From the NCBI RefSeq assembly GCF_009914755.1, contig NC_060926.1: DNA of 64,000 nt. One strand, written 5' to 3'. Below, in pieces: positions 1 to 14,233 of this stretch. This DNA is from the human T2T-CHM13v2.0 reference genome, Homo sapiens. Made by a program: the position numbers and the translations under genes. The first letter of the stretch is position 1. Each line of letters opens with the position of its first letter. The notes beneath the pieces were generated by a model, which made no database searches, was not told the origin of the DNA, and was given only the letters and a program-made list of their open reading frames with translations.

Positions 1-253
1 TTATCTTATAAATCAAGAGTGATCGTAAATAAATACACTTTCAGACATTCACATAATTAGGACATTTACCAGTGCCCCCACTCTACCTCATGAAAACTGT
101 ACAAGACTGTTTGATAAAGCATAGAGAAAAAAATAACCCAAGAATTAGAAAACATGGGGTCATAGGAGCAATGGAAGCTTGGATTGGCCCCCAAAGGAAC
201 AGAAAAAGCTAAGAGATAATGAAAGCTTAGGCAAGCTAACCTTGATACGAGCC

Positions 254-590
254 ATATAAATATATATATATATAAAATATGAATATATGTATATATTCAT
301 CTTAAAGAATCTATCTAAATGTAAAAGAATCTGTCTAGCATATTTATCTAAATATATATTTTAGATTTAGATTGTATAAATATATATATTTAGATAAATA
401 AATATATACTTATATTTATATATTAGATAAATACATATGTATTTAGATAGTTTATTATAGGTAAGTATTTATATGATCTATACATATTTATATAGATAAA
501 TATATATTTAGATAGATTCTTTAAGATGATGAATATATATATGCATGTTATATATATATATTTAGATAGATTCTTCAAGGTGATGAAGCT
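254..590. repeat. AT-rich low-complexity tract with inverted repeat
   Basis: (TA)n-rich. 297-320 TCATCTTAAAGAATCTATCTAAAT is the exact reverse complement of 506-529, and a further direct copy starts at ~560. Confidence 0.85.
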
Positions 591-816
591 AGGGCTTGAG
601 TTTATTATTGAAAATTATAAAATTAATCACAAAAGAAAATTTAAAAATAAATTGTTAATAGTTTTCAGCAGCATCATAAAGAGATTCAGGATGATATATT
701 TAACTTTTTCTTTAATATTCTGTTACATAGGATTTTTGAAATCTATTAATATCATGAATGATAATATCAGTAATAAAGATTCAAAAGGATTAAAAATTTA
801 TGTTTGCTGTTTACTA

Positions 817-905
817 CATTTACTCAATACATATTTACTGAGTGCCTAACTCAGGTCAGGCATGCTGCTAGATGCTAAGCAGTGAACATACACATTTCTT
901 AGCAC
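817..905 (-). mobile_element. L2 3' end fragment
   Basis: CATTTACTCAATACATATTTACTGAGTGCCTA...GGCATGCTGCTAGATGCT resembles the reverse complement of the L2 terminus. Confidence 0.6.
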
Positions 906-911
906 TCAAAA

Positions 912-1200
912 TAGCAGCATGGTGGTTAAGAATGCAAACTTTAAACTCAAACTGCTTGTGTTTTTATTTCTAATAACTAGTCCTTTTGTGGCGTTTTGGG
1001 TTTTTATTTCTATTCTAATAACTACTCATTGTGTGGCATTAGAGTTGAATAATCTGTTTCTCAGTTTCTTATTCTGGAAAAGAGTAACGGTGGCACCTAC
1101 TTTCTTAGGGTTGTTGTATTACATTAGTTCATGTAAAAAAAGCATTTAGAAGCATGCTTGTCACATGACAACTGTTATAAAAATGCAACCTATTATTCTA
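912..1200 (+). mobile_element. MIR SINE
   Basis: CAGCATGGTGGTTAAGA start, CTCAGTTTCTTATTCTG core, ACCTAC..TAGGGTTGTTG, ends in CTATTATT. Confidence 0.75.
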
Positions 1201-1620
1201 TCATTACTATCTAATGGGAACAATGTACAATTCTGAAAATATCTACAATAAAGTGAGATGAGCCTATTAATTCGAAATATGTTTTTTCATGAGAACACAT
1301 ATCAGTGTAATGGAACATGTGCCTTCATTTTTAAAGTATTGTTTGTAAGGGAGAAAAAAATAGCTCCTCTTTTAAAAACTAAACACTGAAGTGATGAAGA
1401 ATGCTGTAGAAATACACTTATCCTGACAGCTCAGAAACCTAGACTCCAGGCACCAAACATATTCTGTGCAGTCATTTACATGAACCATCTGGAATCTGGC
1501 ATCTGCATTCCAGATTTATGATTTACAGCCTTAGAAACTTTTTAAAAAGCTCTAAACCTTCACTTTTTTTTCACTAAAGTCAACTTATTTTAGGGTGCCA
1601 TCTTCTGCAATACAATTAAA

Positions 1621-2030
1621 CAGTCGACCCTCCATATCTATGGGTTCTGTATCTATAGAGTCAACCAATTGTGGATGGAAAATATTTGGGAAAAAATGTC
1701 TGTACTTAAAACAAACAGAAATTTTTCTTGTCACTATTTTCTAAGAAATATATCATAACAACTATTTATATAGAGTTTACATTGAATTTACAATTCAATT
1801 TACAAATTACATAGAATTTACAATAGAAATTTACTATTGTAAATTCTATTTCCATTGTAAATTCTATGTGAAGGTATAAGTAATCTAGGTATTATAAGTA
1901 ATCTAGACATGAGCTAGTGTATACAGGAGGATGTGCATAGGTTACACTCCTCATTTTATATAAGAAACTTGACCATCCATGAATTTTGATATCTACAAGG
2001 AGTCCTGAAACCAAACTCCCACAGAAGGAT
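1621..2030 (-). mobile_element. MER2 (TcMar-Tigger non-autonomous DNA transposon)
   Basis: CAGTCGACCCTCCATATCTATGGGTTCTG terminus, plus TATTATAAGTAATCTAGA and GGAGGATGTGCATAGGTTA, match the MER2 reverse complement. Confidence 0.85.
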
Positions 2031-2310
2031 GTCTTTATATCTTTATTTTTAGGGTTTTTTTCCTGGGTAAATTAAATATTTTCTTTTTTAATTACATAAT
2101 TATATTTAATGATTGACTTTTGTGCTATACTATCTCACAAACATTAAGAATTATAGTGAGTCTTTTATAATTTGTATTTGATAACTCAGTAGATAGAGTC
2201 TTTTCTGTGATAACTTCTGTATTAACTTGGGGCCAGAGAACTGAATTCTTTTTACAAGTCCCTCAATTCAGCAGTTTCGAGTTGGCTTGAACCAGATGAC
2301 TTCATTGTTG

Positions 2311-2601
2311 TTTTTGAGACAGGGTCGGTTACTCAGGCTAAAGTACAGTGGTGTGATCTAGGCTCACTGCAACTTCCCCATCCTGGGTTCAAGCAATCCT
2401 TCCACCTCAGCCTCTAGAGTAGCTGAGACTACAGGCATGCACCACCATGGCCAGCTAATTTTTGCTTTTTTTTTTTTTTTTTGGTAGAGATGGGTTTCAC
2501 CATGTTGCCCAGGCTGGTCTCCAACTCTTGAGCTCAAGCAATTCACCTGCCTTGACCTCCCAAATTGCTGGGATTACAGGGATGAACCACCGCACCAGGC
2601 C
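2311..2601 (-). mobile_element. Alu (AluJ-like)
   Basis: TTTTTGAGACAGGGTC...CAAGCAATCCTTCCACCTCAGCC...CCACCGCACCAGGCC, dimeric with central T-tract. Confidence 0.92.
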
Positions 2602-4805
2602 AGGGTTCAATTTTAAAACAGTGAATTCCAGCTATACAGCAAAGCAAATGTTGAGTTAATGGATTCTGAGGCTCCATACAGGACAAAAGATGCCCATCTT
2701 ATCCAGGTATTTCCTTACCTTGTTCTTCAATAACTTGATTTCAATCTCTTCCTAACCTGATCTTCACACTGCTGCTAGATTAATATTGATTATACATTAC
2801 TTTCATTGCATCACTTTCATGCTGAAGGACAAGCAGTTTTATCTCAAGAGGAAGCCCAATGTACTCTGCCTCTTAATTTGTTTATAACTAATGTATGCAA
2901 CTATATCCCATTATTGATTAGCAACATTCTACACTATGTAATACAGAAGTCCAGTTGCCTTCCTGTCTCCACCATTATGCTCATTTTTTTATTTCTGAAC
3001 TTTTGTTTTTCCTCATATTCTTTGCTGGAATGTTCTCCATTCTGCCTGTCATGTAACCAACTAATATATATCACTTCAACTCTTAGTTCCTCAATATTCC
3101 AGGAAAACTTCTTTAACTCTTCTTAATTCTTTTATATAACATCCTCTACTTGTATATGTTATATAATAATAGAACATTTTATTTCCCAACCGAAGTTTAC
3201 ATTCACTGAAACCAAATACTTTGCTCTCATGTGTTTCTTGATAACCCTTCAGAGCATGGTAAACTTATACCATATACTTGTTAACTATAAATTTTTGAGG
3301 ATGTAGTAAGTTATATACGTAAGTTATTAAGCTGCCACACTGTAGAGAAAATCTTCTTACTGTTTAGTCTGTGGAAAATAAGTCAGTGCAGTTTATATTT
3401 TCAATATGATAAGAGCAGGAGAAAAAGTTGTGCATATAGAAAACATACTTTAATATAAGTTGTAGTAATAAGTATATCTCGGTTGTATTTGCAAATGTAG
3501 AATGAAATCTGACTGGAAGTGGGGTCTTCTTGGAAGGCAAAAAGGGTTACTTTTGGCACTACCCATGGTAACCAGGACACAAGAATGGACTCAGAGTGGC
3601 TAAAGTTCACACAAATAGAAATAGATAACAGAGGACAAATTAATTAACACATAATGAGTAATATCACTGTCACATGGATGAATATCAGTAAGTTTTATAT
3701 GATTAGTGAATTTCCTCCTTTTGTCTCTTTACTTGAGAATGCCAATCATAAGCAGAAGTTACATGATGACTTTTCTTTGAAAATGTATTACCACATTAAC
3801 TAGATATGTTTAAGTCTATATTAAGAGACATGTTTAAAGTCTATACTAGTAGCATAATTTATCTATATAGTTGCACCTTTATGGGAGGCAAAAGTTATGT
3901 AGTGAGCATGGAATTAGAACTGGGGTAGCTAGATGACTCAATCATTCAATGGAATAAAATATTTACAGTTGTTGATTCTAATTGCTAGATTCATCTCCAT
4001 ATCAGGGATTTCCTTTACGTTAAAATTTTCAATATTGCACATGAATGGATAAGATTCTGTAGCCCATGGCAGCGCTTAGATATAAACTAATTTTATTTGC
4101 CTTTTTATGTTTCTACGACCAAGCAACATCTTTTTTCACAAACAGCATTTTATTTCATGTTTTACTGTAATGACCAAACCTCACCATAATATTGACCGTA
4201 AGAATAATAATGGGCAACTTTTTATTCCCACTTTAATGAGAATGTCTCCCAAATTTACTATTAATGTAATACTATTACTTCTTTTGTTTTGGCTCTGCCC
4301 TTAGAAGGCATTGAGACATACTGCTGGGCCTAGCACTAAGAAGATGGGAGTCCTCTGCCTGAATCCTAACTAAAGGGAGCATTGCGACATATTTCTTGAC
4401 CCATTACAATGCTTTTAAAATACATATCTGCAATATTGCTTTTTTATATATTTAAACTGTCTTTGAATTGAAAGTATAAGTCTCTTGTATGTAACATTGC
4501 TTAGTACACTTGTTAAATGTAGATTTTATAGTTTAAACTAAATGGCTCTCCACTAATTTTTGTTTGAACAAAGTGCAGAATCACTGTAGAAAAAGATAAA
4601 GGTAGGATTGCTAATATAGGAAAAAACCAAATACCATTAAATATAAGGATACTGTACTAAAATCAGGTGTATTAAGTGAGAATGAATGAGAATGTATGTC
4701 TAAGGCTTGATATTCCTCATCATTTTCCCCTTTGGGTTTACAGAATGCTGGCAGCTAGAGTTACACTCTCCAGCCAGGAAAGTGGAAGAGACCTCTCTGG
4801 AATTC

Positions 4806-5110
<305 letters not shown>

Positions 5111-8100
5111 TGAATAGCCTATGAGAAATACCTAAAAATAATGAGATGTTTATGTCCCCAGTGACAAAGCTGAGCCAGGTTACCCCCATGATAAACCCCA
5201 TAGTTGACAAGGTTTACTTATGGATGCAGAATAGAATCTATAAATAATTGTGTTGGCATTTTGATCTCTCTCTCTTTTTTTTTTTTACAGGAATATAACA
5301 TAGTTAATATTTAAATATCTAAGATCTTGTCATTTAGAAAAATGTTGCCCCAAAACTTTGGTATACATTTTGCTGATTTATAAACTGTATACATTACATG
5401 ACATGGATAACAGGATCCCAGGATTTAACAGTTACCTCTCAATTATTTTTATAAAACTTAGTAGTATCAATATTTCTGGAAGCCTGTTCTACCAAGAAAC
5501 ATGAAAATAAATAAACATTTAGTAAATGTTAAAGAATACATTTTTCTCAAATATTTTCTCTCTCAATTCTCAAGATAATATTTTTGGACAATATAGTTTA
5601 TTTAACTATATTATCTATTATATATATACATTCACTTTTATATTTTTATATTTCATGCTTCAAAAGATTAGTAGAGTGAAAAATATTAAAAATGCCACTT
5701 TAATCTTGATAGAAAATATGTGTTGTTCAAGAAAATAGCAAGTTTTCCCATTATAAAACAATACAACAATTTTATAAAAAAGAAAAGTAAATGAAACAGT
5801 TTTAAATATTCAATGATTTATTCAGTGATGGTAACATATAAAAGACTCTCTTCCCACAAAATTGCGTTTTTTTCCATATTAAATGTAATATCCTACAGGG
5901 TCTTAATTTTAATCGATCATGCCATGTTAGTGTGATTAGTTTTCACAATCTTATTTTTATTTTATAGAAGTCTTGACATATGTATGTTAGGCTTATTAAG
6001 TTTACCTAAAGTAAATTATTCTTGGATGCCCAGTTTTTAATTTGGAATATACACGGAGTATTACTATAGCTAGACTTACACAAAAGAAACAAAACATCAC
6101 TTTTGTATATAACCATGTCTATTTTTTTCAGTAAATGCCCACATGTTTACCAAAAATCTTAGGAATTCTCTGCATAATATTTGTTTCGCTAAACAAATTT
6201 TTTTATGCTCCTGGATATTAGAAGAACAAGCTTAAATATTTTATCTATTAATTTATATTTATTTTTTCAGAAAATGATTTAATGTGAGAACATATACTTC
6301 TAAGGATTTAGATCTAGATAACCTCGATAACCTCTACCAGTTCCTTATAGCTGCAGTTTCCCCACACATCTACTCCTCAGCAGAGAGGGATTTATTCTCT
6401 TCTTAAACTGTTATGGGAAAGCCACATCTGAACCATGAATATTTTTCTACTTAGTATTTCATATGTTCTTTTTTAAAATGCCTGATAAAATGAAAGCTGA
6501 GTAAGGCTAGATTATTCTCTCTCCAAAGAACATTAGGAAATGATACATGTTCCTCATTCAAATTTTAACTCTCCTCAATTCTGAGGTCTCTGAGAGCAAT
6601 TAATCTTGTATTTCACATTCATAAAATTATTTTTATGTCCTGTATAAATTTCACAGTCTACTTGACTCCTTCTCTTCCCCCCATGAGAAAAGAATGACCC
6701 ATTTAAATCTTTAAATTAATAATTGTTAATATATAAATATATCTAATTTTCTGCTAATGTGGGAACAACTCACATCTCACTCTGGAGCAACATGTATGCT
6801 AACAGACATTGAGAAGGGGTAACGCACAGCAGAATGGCTAATGCACAGCTTTTTAAAACCTCTCCTATGTGAATTTATTTTTTTACTATAAAAAGTCTAC
6901 TCATGGTTGTATTGAAAAATATATCAATGCAAATTTATAATCACTTGTTATAAGGAAGTATTTGAAATATGTAAAATTTTTAGTAGAAAAAATACAAAAT
7001 TGAAAAAGCTTTTGTTAAAATGTTAGCTAAGTGTGTTTCTATGTCCTATAATGCTATAACTAACATTATATTTTCCCATTGTGTCCAACATTAAAAGCTA
7101 CACTATTTTTATTCCCATTTTATAAATGAGGATGCTAAAGCCCATAGATCATCGATTAATTGCAAAAATGTCACCCAATTGTAACATATTCAATATAGTA
7201 CTGGAAAGATCAATTTTCCATTCCAGAATTCAGCCGCAATTTCCATTTCTTGAAAAATAAATTTACTTCTCTTTCTCACTGTGACAATCCTTAACTTGTT
7301 AGTCAGAGTACTTATTGTCTATATTTAAAGGGAGAGAGATAGAAAAGCAAACATAAATATGCAGATGTTATAACTAGGAATTCATATAAACTCAGTAATC
7401 TTTAATTTTAGTAAAAAGGACTACAGATGCAATCATTGTTATTTAATGGTAATAATTGAATTTTAATATCGATTAAGACATAGAAAAACATCATTTTAAA
7501 ATAGAAAAATATAATTTTTTCTTTTACCTTTGGGATTTTGCAGTTCATTCTGTTTCCCGCATCCACTTTCTAAAATAAATGCACCATGCTATTTGAAGGT
7601 GAGAAACCTTGACCCTGCCCTCTAAAAGCTCATAATTCTTGATGAGAGGGAAGGGAAATAGCCTAACTATGTCCTCGAATATGCCCTTTCTACCATCTAA
7701 TTATCTTGAACATTCATGCATTTTCTTTCCCCATCTCTCATTATTAATGTTTTCCTGTAAAACAAACACAGTATTTTAATATTGTTTACTCTCTTTTTAT
7801 TGTTTGTTAACACAGAAAAACTATTATATATATTATTCTACGTTATACAAAATGAAATCATTTTAATGAAAAGGCTCAAATATTTCTAGTCCTTAACTTA
7901 TAAACCTTAGTGGTTACTAGATAAACAGGTTGAGGGTGGGATCTTAGTGCTTGGGAAATCTACAGATAAAATTAAGTTGTCTTTCTCCACAGCACCTCAG
8001 CACCACATAAAACCCAAAATATCCTTCACTGATGGCATATTTTGAATGCCAGCCATTAATCTAAGCAAAACAATGTCATTTTGATTAGTGCAATATGAAG

Positions 8101-8373
8101 TCGGAATATATTTCCAGGCAAGTGAATTCATTATATTATCAAAGGCCAACAAATAAGTATGCTAAGAAAGCTTAATTGAAGTCACCCAACACATGAAAAT
8201 AAAAACACAATTAAGATACAGATAGTGCAGAAAAACTCATGATGAAAAATTGTGGTGGTGAATGCTATAAAACATAGGGATTTTCCAGGGCCCAATGCTA
8301 AATACTGTTAGTTTACATAGTCAAAATTGTTAACAAAATAATTTTGGTGGTAGTATATTTTCTAACACTATAT

Positions 8374-8388
8374 TTCTACCTATCTATC

Positions 8389-8444
<56 letters not shown>

Positions 8445-8475
8445 CAATCATCTATCATTTATCTACTTATCATCT
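8374..8475. repeat. (ATCT)n tetranucleotide STR
   Basis: 14 perfect ATCT units at 8389-8444 with degenerate flanks. Confidence 0.97.
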
Positions 8476-8626
8476 CTCTCAAACTGAAAACGATGGAGAA
8501 ATATATCTATGCATTTTATCCAGAAGTACTCCATGTCATAAATTTATTCTTCATGCTCGTGATCTTATGGTTCTAAAGAGTATCAAAATTTTGCATAACT
8601 AGGTAATAGTAAATGGCAGAAATTGG

Positions 8627-9328
8627 TGTTCTACAGGCAAAATCACTAGCAAAGAACTTATAGTAGAACAATGTTGGGTTTTGGACTCCTTACAAGGTGT
8701 TATGCCTGCTATGGGCACACATAAAATGACTTGGTAAGAATATTCTAGGGATGGGGCTTGTGTATCTCGATTCTAGGCACAATTCAAGGAAGCAGGGATT
8801 TGCGTTGCATTGGATGGCATTAAGTGGCAAGGATAGTTCTATGATTATCTTCACTCTTGTCTAGAAAGTGATGGTAATTGAGTGAAGCTAAAACGGCAGT
8901 TGTTAATCAAGAAACAGTCACGCATTTTAGGCAAGACATTGTTCAGATTTGTTTGTGGTTTGGACAATGAATTGTTTGTCTGTGTAGTCTTCTTTTTTTG
9001 TCTTGTTCCATCATAGTCAGAGAATAACCTTGTCTGGTGACGTTTTGTGAAATTGTTTCTATTCAACAGGATAAGATCTTTGTCTAGTTGGGAGGAGGGC
9101 TTGCAGCACAAATGGAGCCCTAGTTATTCATCAGCTTGTGGCTATCAGAGTCTGGTTTTCTTTTCTCTTTCTCGCAGATTTTCTCAAATTTTATTCAAAT
9201 CTCACTCTGCCATTGTCTTGCTCAAAACTTCACACAATAAATGGCATTAAATTGCTGATATCAAATCTACACACTGATGAGTCACTAATCTTTCTCAGAG
9301 GGAGTGCTCTTCTGAGGGGATTGTGACA
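8627..9328 (-). mobile_element. Old solo LTR, possibly MER67-like (ERV1)
   Basis: TG...CA ends. Internal TTGTCTTGTTCCATCAT...GTGAAATTGTTTCTATTCAACAGG recalls MER67. No TSD seen. Confidence 0.45.
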
Positions 9329-9369
9329 AGCTTCTGAAAAGAAAAGTAAGATGGAAACATAACAATAAC

Positions 9370-9432
9370 TATGTCTTGTTTTAAACCATTAAATCTGTAG
9401 TAATTTGTTATGGCAGCAAAAGATAACTGATG
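9370..9432 (+). mobile_element. MLT1 LTR 3' end fragment
   Basis: TGTTTTAAACCATTAAATCTGTAGTAATTTGTTATGGCAGCAAAAGATAACTGAT is a typical MLT1 terminus. Confidence 0.7.
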
Positions 9433-11983
9433 CCGTGGGCTTTGTACAGCACTTTAGAATGCTTAACATTTTCTGGTGATATGAGTGGTTGTTTGTTTTC
9501 TGTCAGGAGGAATATGGCTATGCAAAATGTGTTGGTCACTTCTTTAAAAATAGTTCGTGCATTTTTTGAGAACAAAAGCCATATTATACATAGAACCTAA
9601 AACAAGGTATTCAACTTGGAAGAAACTCAGTTCATATTAATCAAGTGAATGAAAACAGAGAGGAATAAGATTAGTGGATATAGCCTATATCTACTGTCTT
9701 TAAGACAACAGAAAGTGAAAAGATGTTTTGGGACTTCATTATGGGGAACAGTAAAATTTGTCTGATGCATTCCTACTGAGTTCTTGGCTGGATCAACATA
9801 GTGAACCAGAAAAATTTAATGTATAAATTTTGGTGACACTTATGTATGTATCATAAGTTGTTATAAGAAATTCAATGTTGAAAATGTGTTTTCCTACTAA
9901 TTTTAGCATAATTTACTGTAAGTGCAAACATTGACTAAGTATGTATATGTAGATGTGTAGAGTGTAAGTAATTAGATATTTCTAAATTTCATAATGAATT
10001 AGTTAATGTTTAAGAAGAAACATTCAGTTTTATTGACAAAATATTTTAAGATGAGAAGAAGATCAAAGTGTACTGAGAATAAAGAGAGACTGTGGTCAAT
10101 GTTTTTTGATTAACATTGCAAAGAAAATTAGAGTCAAACATAAGATAATACGCAGTGAAAAGATTCCTTGTTGCAAAATTCCAGATGGTCTGACAATTTA
10201 AAAAATATATACTGGTTTTGAGACACTTCTCCCTTTCTTCCTTTTGTATTCATTTCTAATGTGGAAAGAGCTACTTACTGCTCAAGGATTATGGGTAGCA
10301 ACTATTGTTTTATTCTAACAATAGATGTTATCTAATAAAATTCAGATTCAGTTGAAGAAATTACATTTTGAAATTCAATCTTTTCTCTATATTAGTACTA
10401 TTGAAATAAGTTCTTTTTAAAAACATTATTAGTCCATAAAATATATGCTGGTTTTATTGTTTTTTCTAACTCAAGAAACTAGACTATTCACTATCTAGGT
10501 TAATTTACATTGCAAACCTTCAAGTCCGTGTAATTATTCCACTCTTCAAAATTATATAAGGGCACATCTGACGTCTCTATAGGAACTGGCAACGTAGGTG
10601 TTGCCTTCATACTATTATTTTCTTAGTGATATTTCCTCTAACACGTGGAAATGTTGTATAAGATGAAGGAATAACTTTGCTTTGCCCATTTCTCAAGGAT
10701 AAATGGAAGACAATGCTAACACATGGATTGGCATTTGAAATATAGGTCAATTACCGTAAAATTATTGTGTAATTTATAACATCCTTTCCAATAATGATCA
10801 AATAAGATAAAGCAGAATAATGATTAGGTAGGAATAAACTTAGTTTCAGTGTAGCCAAATGATTTTTTTTTTCTTTCAAAAATACATATGTGTTTTTTTT
10901 TCAAGAGCACTTGGGTTGACACCAGCCAAGTGTATTCTAGGTAAATTATTTTTTCTTGATTATATGGAAAATAAAAATATTTCATGAGGATGACCTACTT
11001 AATACCACTCTAGAACATGGGGTTAAAGTTATTTTTACATAGAGAGACTACAAAAGGTACTGGATCTGTAGTTAACCTGATCAATAGAAAGTTAATTCCT
11101 AGTATTTCCTGGTTCATTTTGTAAGTAGTTTTCACTACAGCTTCTAAAAGTATTTACTTACTTTGCTGTTCTATGTCAAAACCCAGTCTTTCTTCCTCAT
11201 GAAATCTTAATAATAGAAGGAACTTTTCCATGAGACAGAGTTGGGCTTGACAAACAGCTCTGCATGACTAATTGTGAGAGCCTGGTAAATATCTTGTAAG
11301 TTTTATTTTGCTAGTTAGAATCTCAAAGTCATTGGCTAGCTAAATGTAGAATGAGAAATATATGTTAAGTGTTTAAGTTATGTCTTTCCTAGTAAGCACT
11401 TAATCAATGAAGGAGGCCACAGTTACTAGTACTGTGTCAGAATCAATTTCTTGGTTCACTATCAAGATAATCTGAATTTTTTTACATAGGTTCTTCTAAG
11501 GTGGTATTATCCTGAATTTCAACTCATGATCAATTTTTTGAGAAACCATTGATGTCACTTGCCTGCCATGCTTTGACAGTTTATTGAGTGTCTGCTATGT
11601 GCTAGATTGATTTAGATGAATTAATAAAGTATTATCCTCGTAAAACTGAAAAAAGACAGTTCCATTTGACAATATATTGTATTGTGTAATCAATAGTCTA
11701 AGATAAATTTGTGGAATTATAACATGGCAATCAGTAACTAATAATAGCCTCTCTGATACCTCCAGCCTTCCTTCCCATAACTCTTTTGTTTCTCTGGTGC
11801 CTGCAAACCTTTGACTCTCTATCTCTTTGGTTCGTTATTTCTAGTTCCAAATATAAAAGTCTCAGGGTCTACCACAAATTCCTAGTTATTAAATCCATCA
11901 TAAAATAAGTATATTTCCATTTATCCTATTAATGCTCAGGGTATTTATACCTTATATAATTTTTATTTTAAAAAAGCAGTTTA

Positions 11984-12105
11984 GGCCGGGTGCAGTGATT
12001 ATGCCTGTAATCCTTGCACTTTGGAAGGCCAAGGTGGGAGGATGGCTTGAGCCCAGGAGTTTGAGACCAACCAGGGCAACATAGTGAGACCCTGTCCTTA
12101 CAGAA
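11984..12105 (+). mobile_element. Alu left monomer (FLAM/AluJ-like)
   Basis: GGCCGGGTGCAGTG...GCTTGAGCCCAGGAGTTTGAGACC...CATAGTGAGACCCTGTC, monomer only. Confidence 0.9.
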
Positions 12106-12148
12106 GTGCCTGCCACATAGTAAGCTCTCACACATGTTAGCTATTATT
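12106..12148 (+). mobile_element. MIR 3' end
   Basis: GTGCCTGCCACATAGTAAGCTCTCA..ATGTTAGCTATTATT. Confidence 0.75.
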
Positions 12149-13867
12149 CAAATATGACTTATTTGTAGGTTGGCTGTTTTCATTACTATGAGAATATCAG
12201 GTACAATATAAAGTTAAAGATAAGATTATTAGTAAAACTGATAATTTTCTAAACAAAAGGCAAAAATCATGAAAAAATATTGGGTCAAATTAGAGCCTTT
12301 TAAACTGAGAAGATTCTGACAAGTACATGATGTACTGAACTTTTAGAGCAAGTTTTTCTAAGTAATAATGGTTTTCAACAAACTCTCCACTTATTGATTG
12401 TATCTATACAACTTTTGCAAGAAAAATGAAGTTAGATTTTTATGACTTCATTTTGAGGTTGGATAGAGAATGGGAAGGTAGAAAATGTAATGTGCTATTT
12501 GTGATATTTCACTAAAGAAGAATTATGGTTGACAGATGATGCTATGCCAAGGAACAAAAATGTAAGACAATTAAGGTAAATACATAAGTGTTATGTCTTA
12601 GCTGGAGGTTAAGTGGAGGTTAAGACTGGCTTAGAAAAGAATAGCTTTAGGTACAGTAGGAATTTGGGAACCAATCAAAAGTCATCATTTATGGCATTAG
12701 AAAATAAATAGCATGACAAATGAGTAAATCAAATAATAAAATACTAGAATATGGAAGAAAATATATATTTCTATATCTTCTAGTTTTATTCTTTTAAACT
12801 TAAATATATATTAAAAATTCCACACACAGTGGAGAAAAACAAAAACTAATGTATTCATTTGAACTAAAGATTTAGGGTGGCTATTTTATGTAGTTAAATC
12901 AAAATAAATCAATAAACCATTATTTTTATACAACCCCAACCCTCTTTGAATACCACTATTAATCTTGAATTAATTTTCTCTTACAATTGTTATAACAAGT
13001 AACAACATTATTGGTTTTTATATCCCAAATCCTATTTTTAAAAAATATAAAGGGCAATGAGAAATATATTCTCTACAAATCAATATTAAGGAAAGAGATT
13101 AAAGCCATATTTCATTTATACAACCAAATAACAAGATTGACTATTCCCTATGAGAGTGCAAACAAATCTTCTATAAAGAGTAACATAAAAATAGTAATTT
13201 TTGCTTCCTTGCATTCTATGGCCGTAACTCCTTTTATTATATGTTTAATCACTGGTTTTTATTACTAAAAATTTCATAGGCACACTGTAAAGTCCAAATG
13301 CAATAGGACTATTATCCTACAATGTATTCTGGACAATAAATGCATTTTCCTAAGACTTCACCGTTGCATAATATTCATCCTTCTCTCACCTCCTAAATAT
13401 GCACTAGGTCCTATCTGCTCTAAACTTCTTTCTTTTGTGACTTCACCTTGACTTATTTCACTTTTTAGTTTTGTGCCAGTAGACCTCAATTACAGGCTCC
13501 AAGCCTTTATCTCCAGTCCAGTGAGAGAGCTAGAGGTTATTTCACTAGAAAATCTTATTGTAAGTTCATATTGCATCTGTTCAAAATGAAGCTTATATTC
13601 TTCCTTCTACTGTAACATTCACACTTAGTTGAGACCACATTCAAGTTAAACGCCTTACTATATACATAGTACATTGCATTTTTTGGTTGTTTCCTACTAC
13701 TGTAGAAATATTTAAAGTACTTACTTTTGGAATATCAAGATTTTTTTTCAGCTTTAGAATCTTTTTTGGGGGGAGGGATTGAGGATAGAGTTTATGTCTT
13801 GCTTTTGATCATTTACTACTTTCCACTGCCTGATATTCATTTTCATCAGAAATGAGTCAATAGATGG

Positions 13868-14233
13868 TGTATTAGTCCGTTCTCATGCTGCTAATAAAGA
13901 CATACCCGAGACTGGGTAATTTATAAATGAAAAAGGTTTAATAGACTCACAATTCCATACGGCTGAGGAGGCCTCACAATCATGGCAGGAGACAAAGAAT
14001 GAACAAAGTGGTGACTGACGTGTTGGCAGGCAAGAGAGCTTGTGCAGGGGAACTCCCACTTATAAAACCATCAGATCTCCTGAGACTTATTCACTACCAC
14101 GAGAACAGTATGGAGGAAACTGCCTTCATGATTCAATTATCTCCACCTGATCTTACCCTTGACATGTGGGGATTATTACAATTCAAGGTGAGATTTCGCG
14201 GGGCAGGGGGAGGGACACAGCCAAGTCATATCA
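13868..14233 (-). mobile_element. THE1 (THE1C-like) MaLR solo LTR
   Basis: TGTATTAGTCCGTTCTCATGCTGCTAATAAAGACATACCCGAGACTGGG...CATATCA. Perfect 5-bp TSD GATGG (13863-13867, 14234-14238). Confidence 0.95.

Noticed and set aside
526-1149. ORFs of 107 and 76 aa
   Set aside because: They run through AT low-complexity, L2 and MIR sequence, and the I/K/F/L bias reflects base composition.
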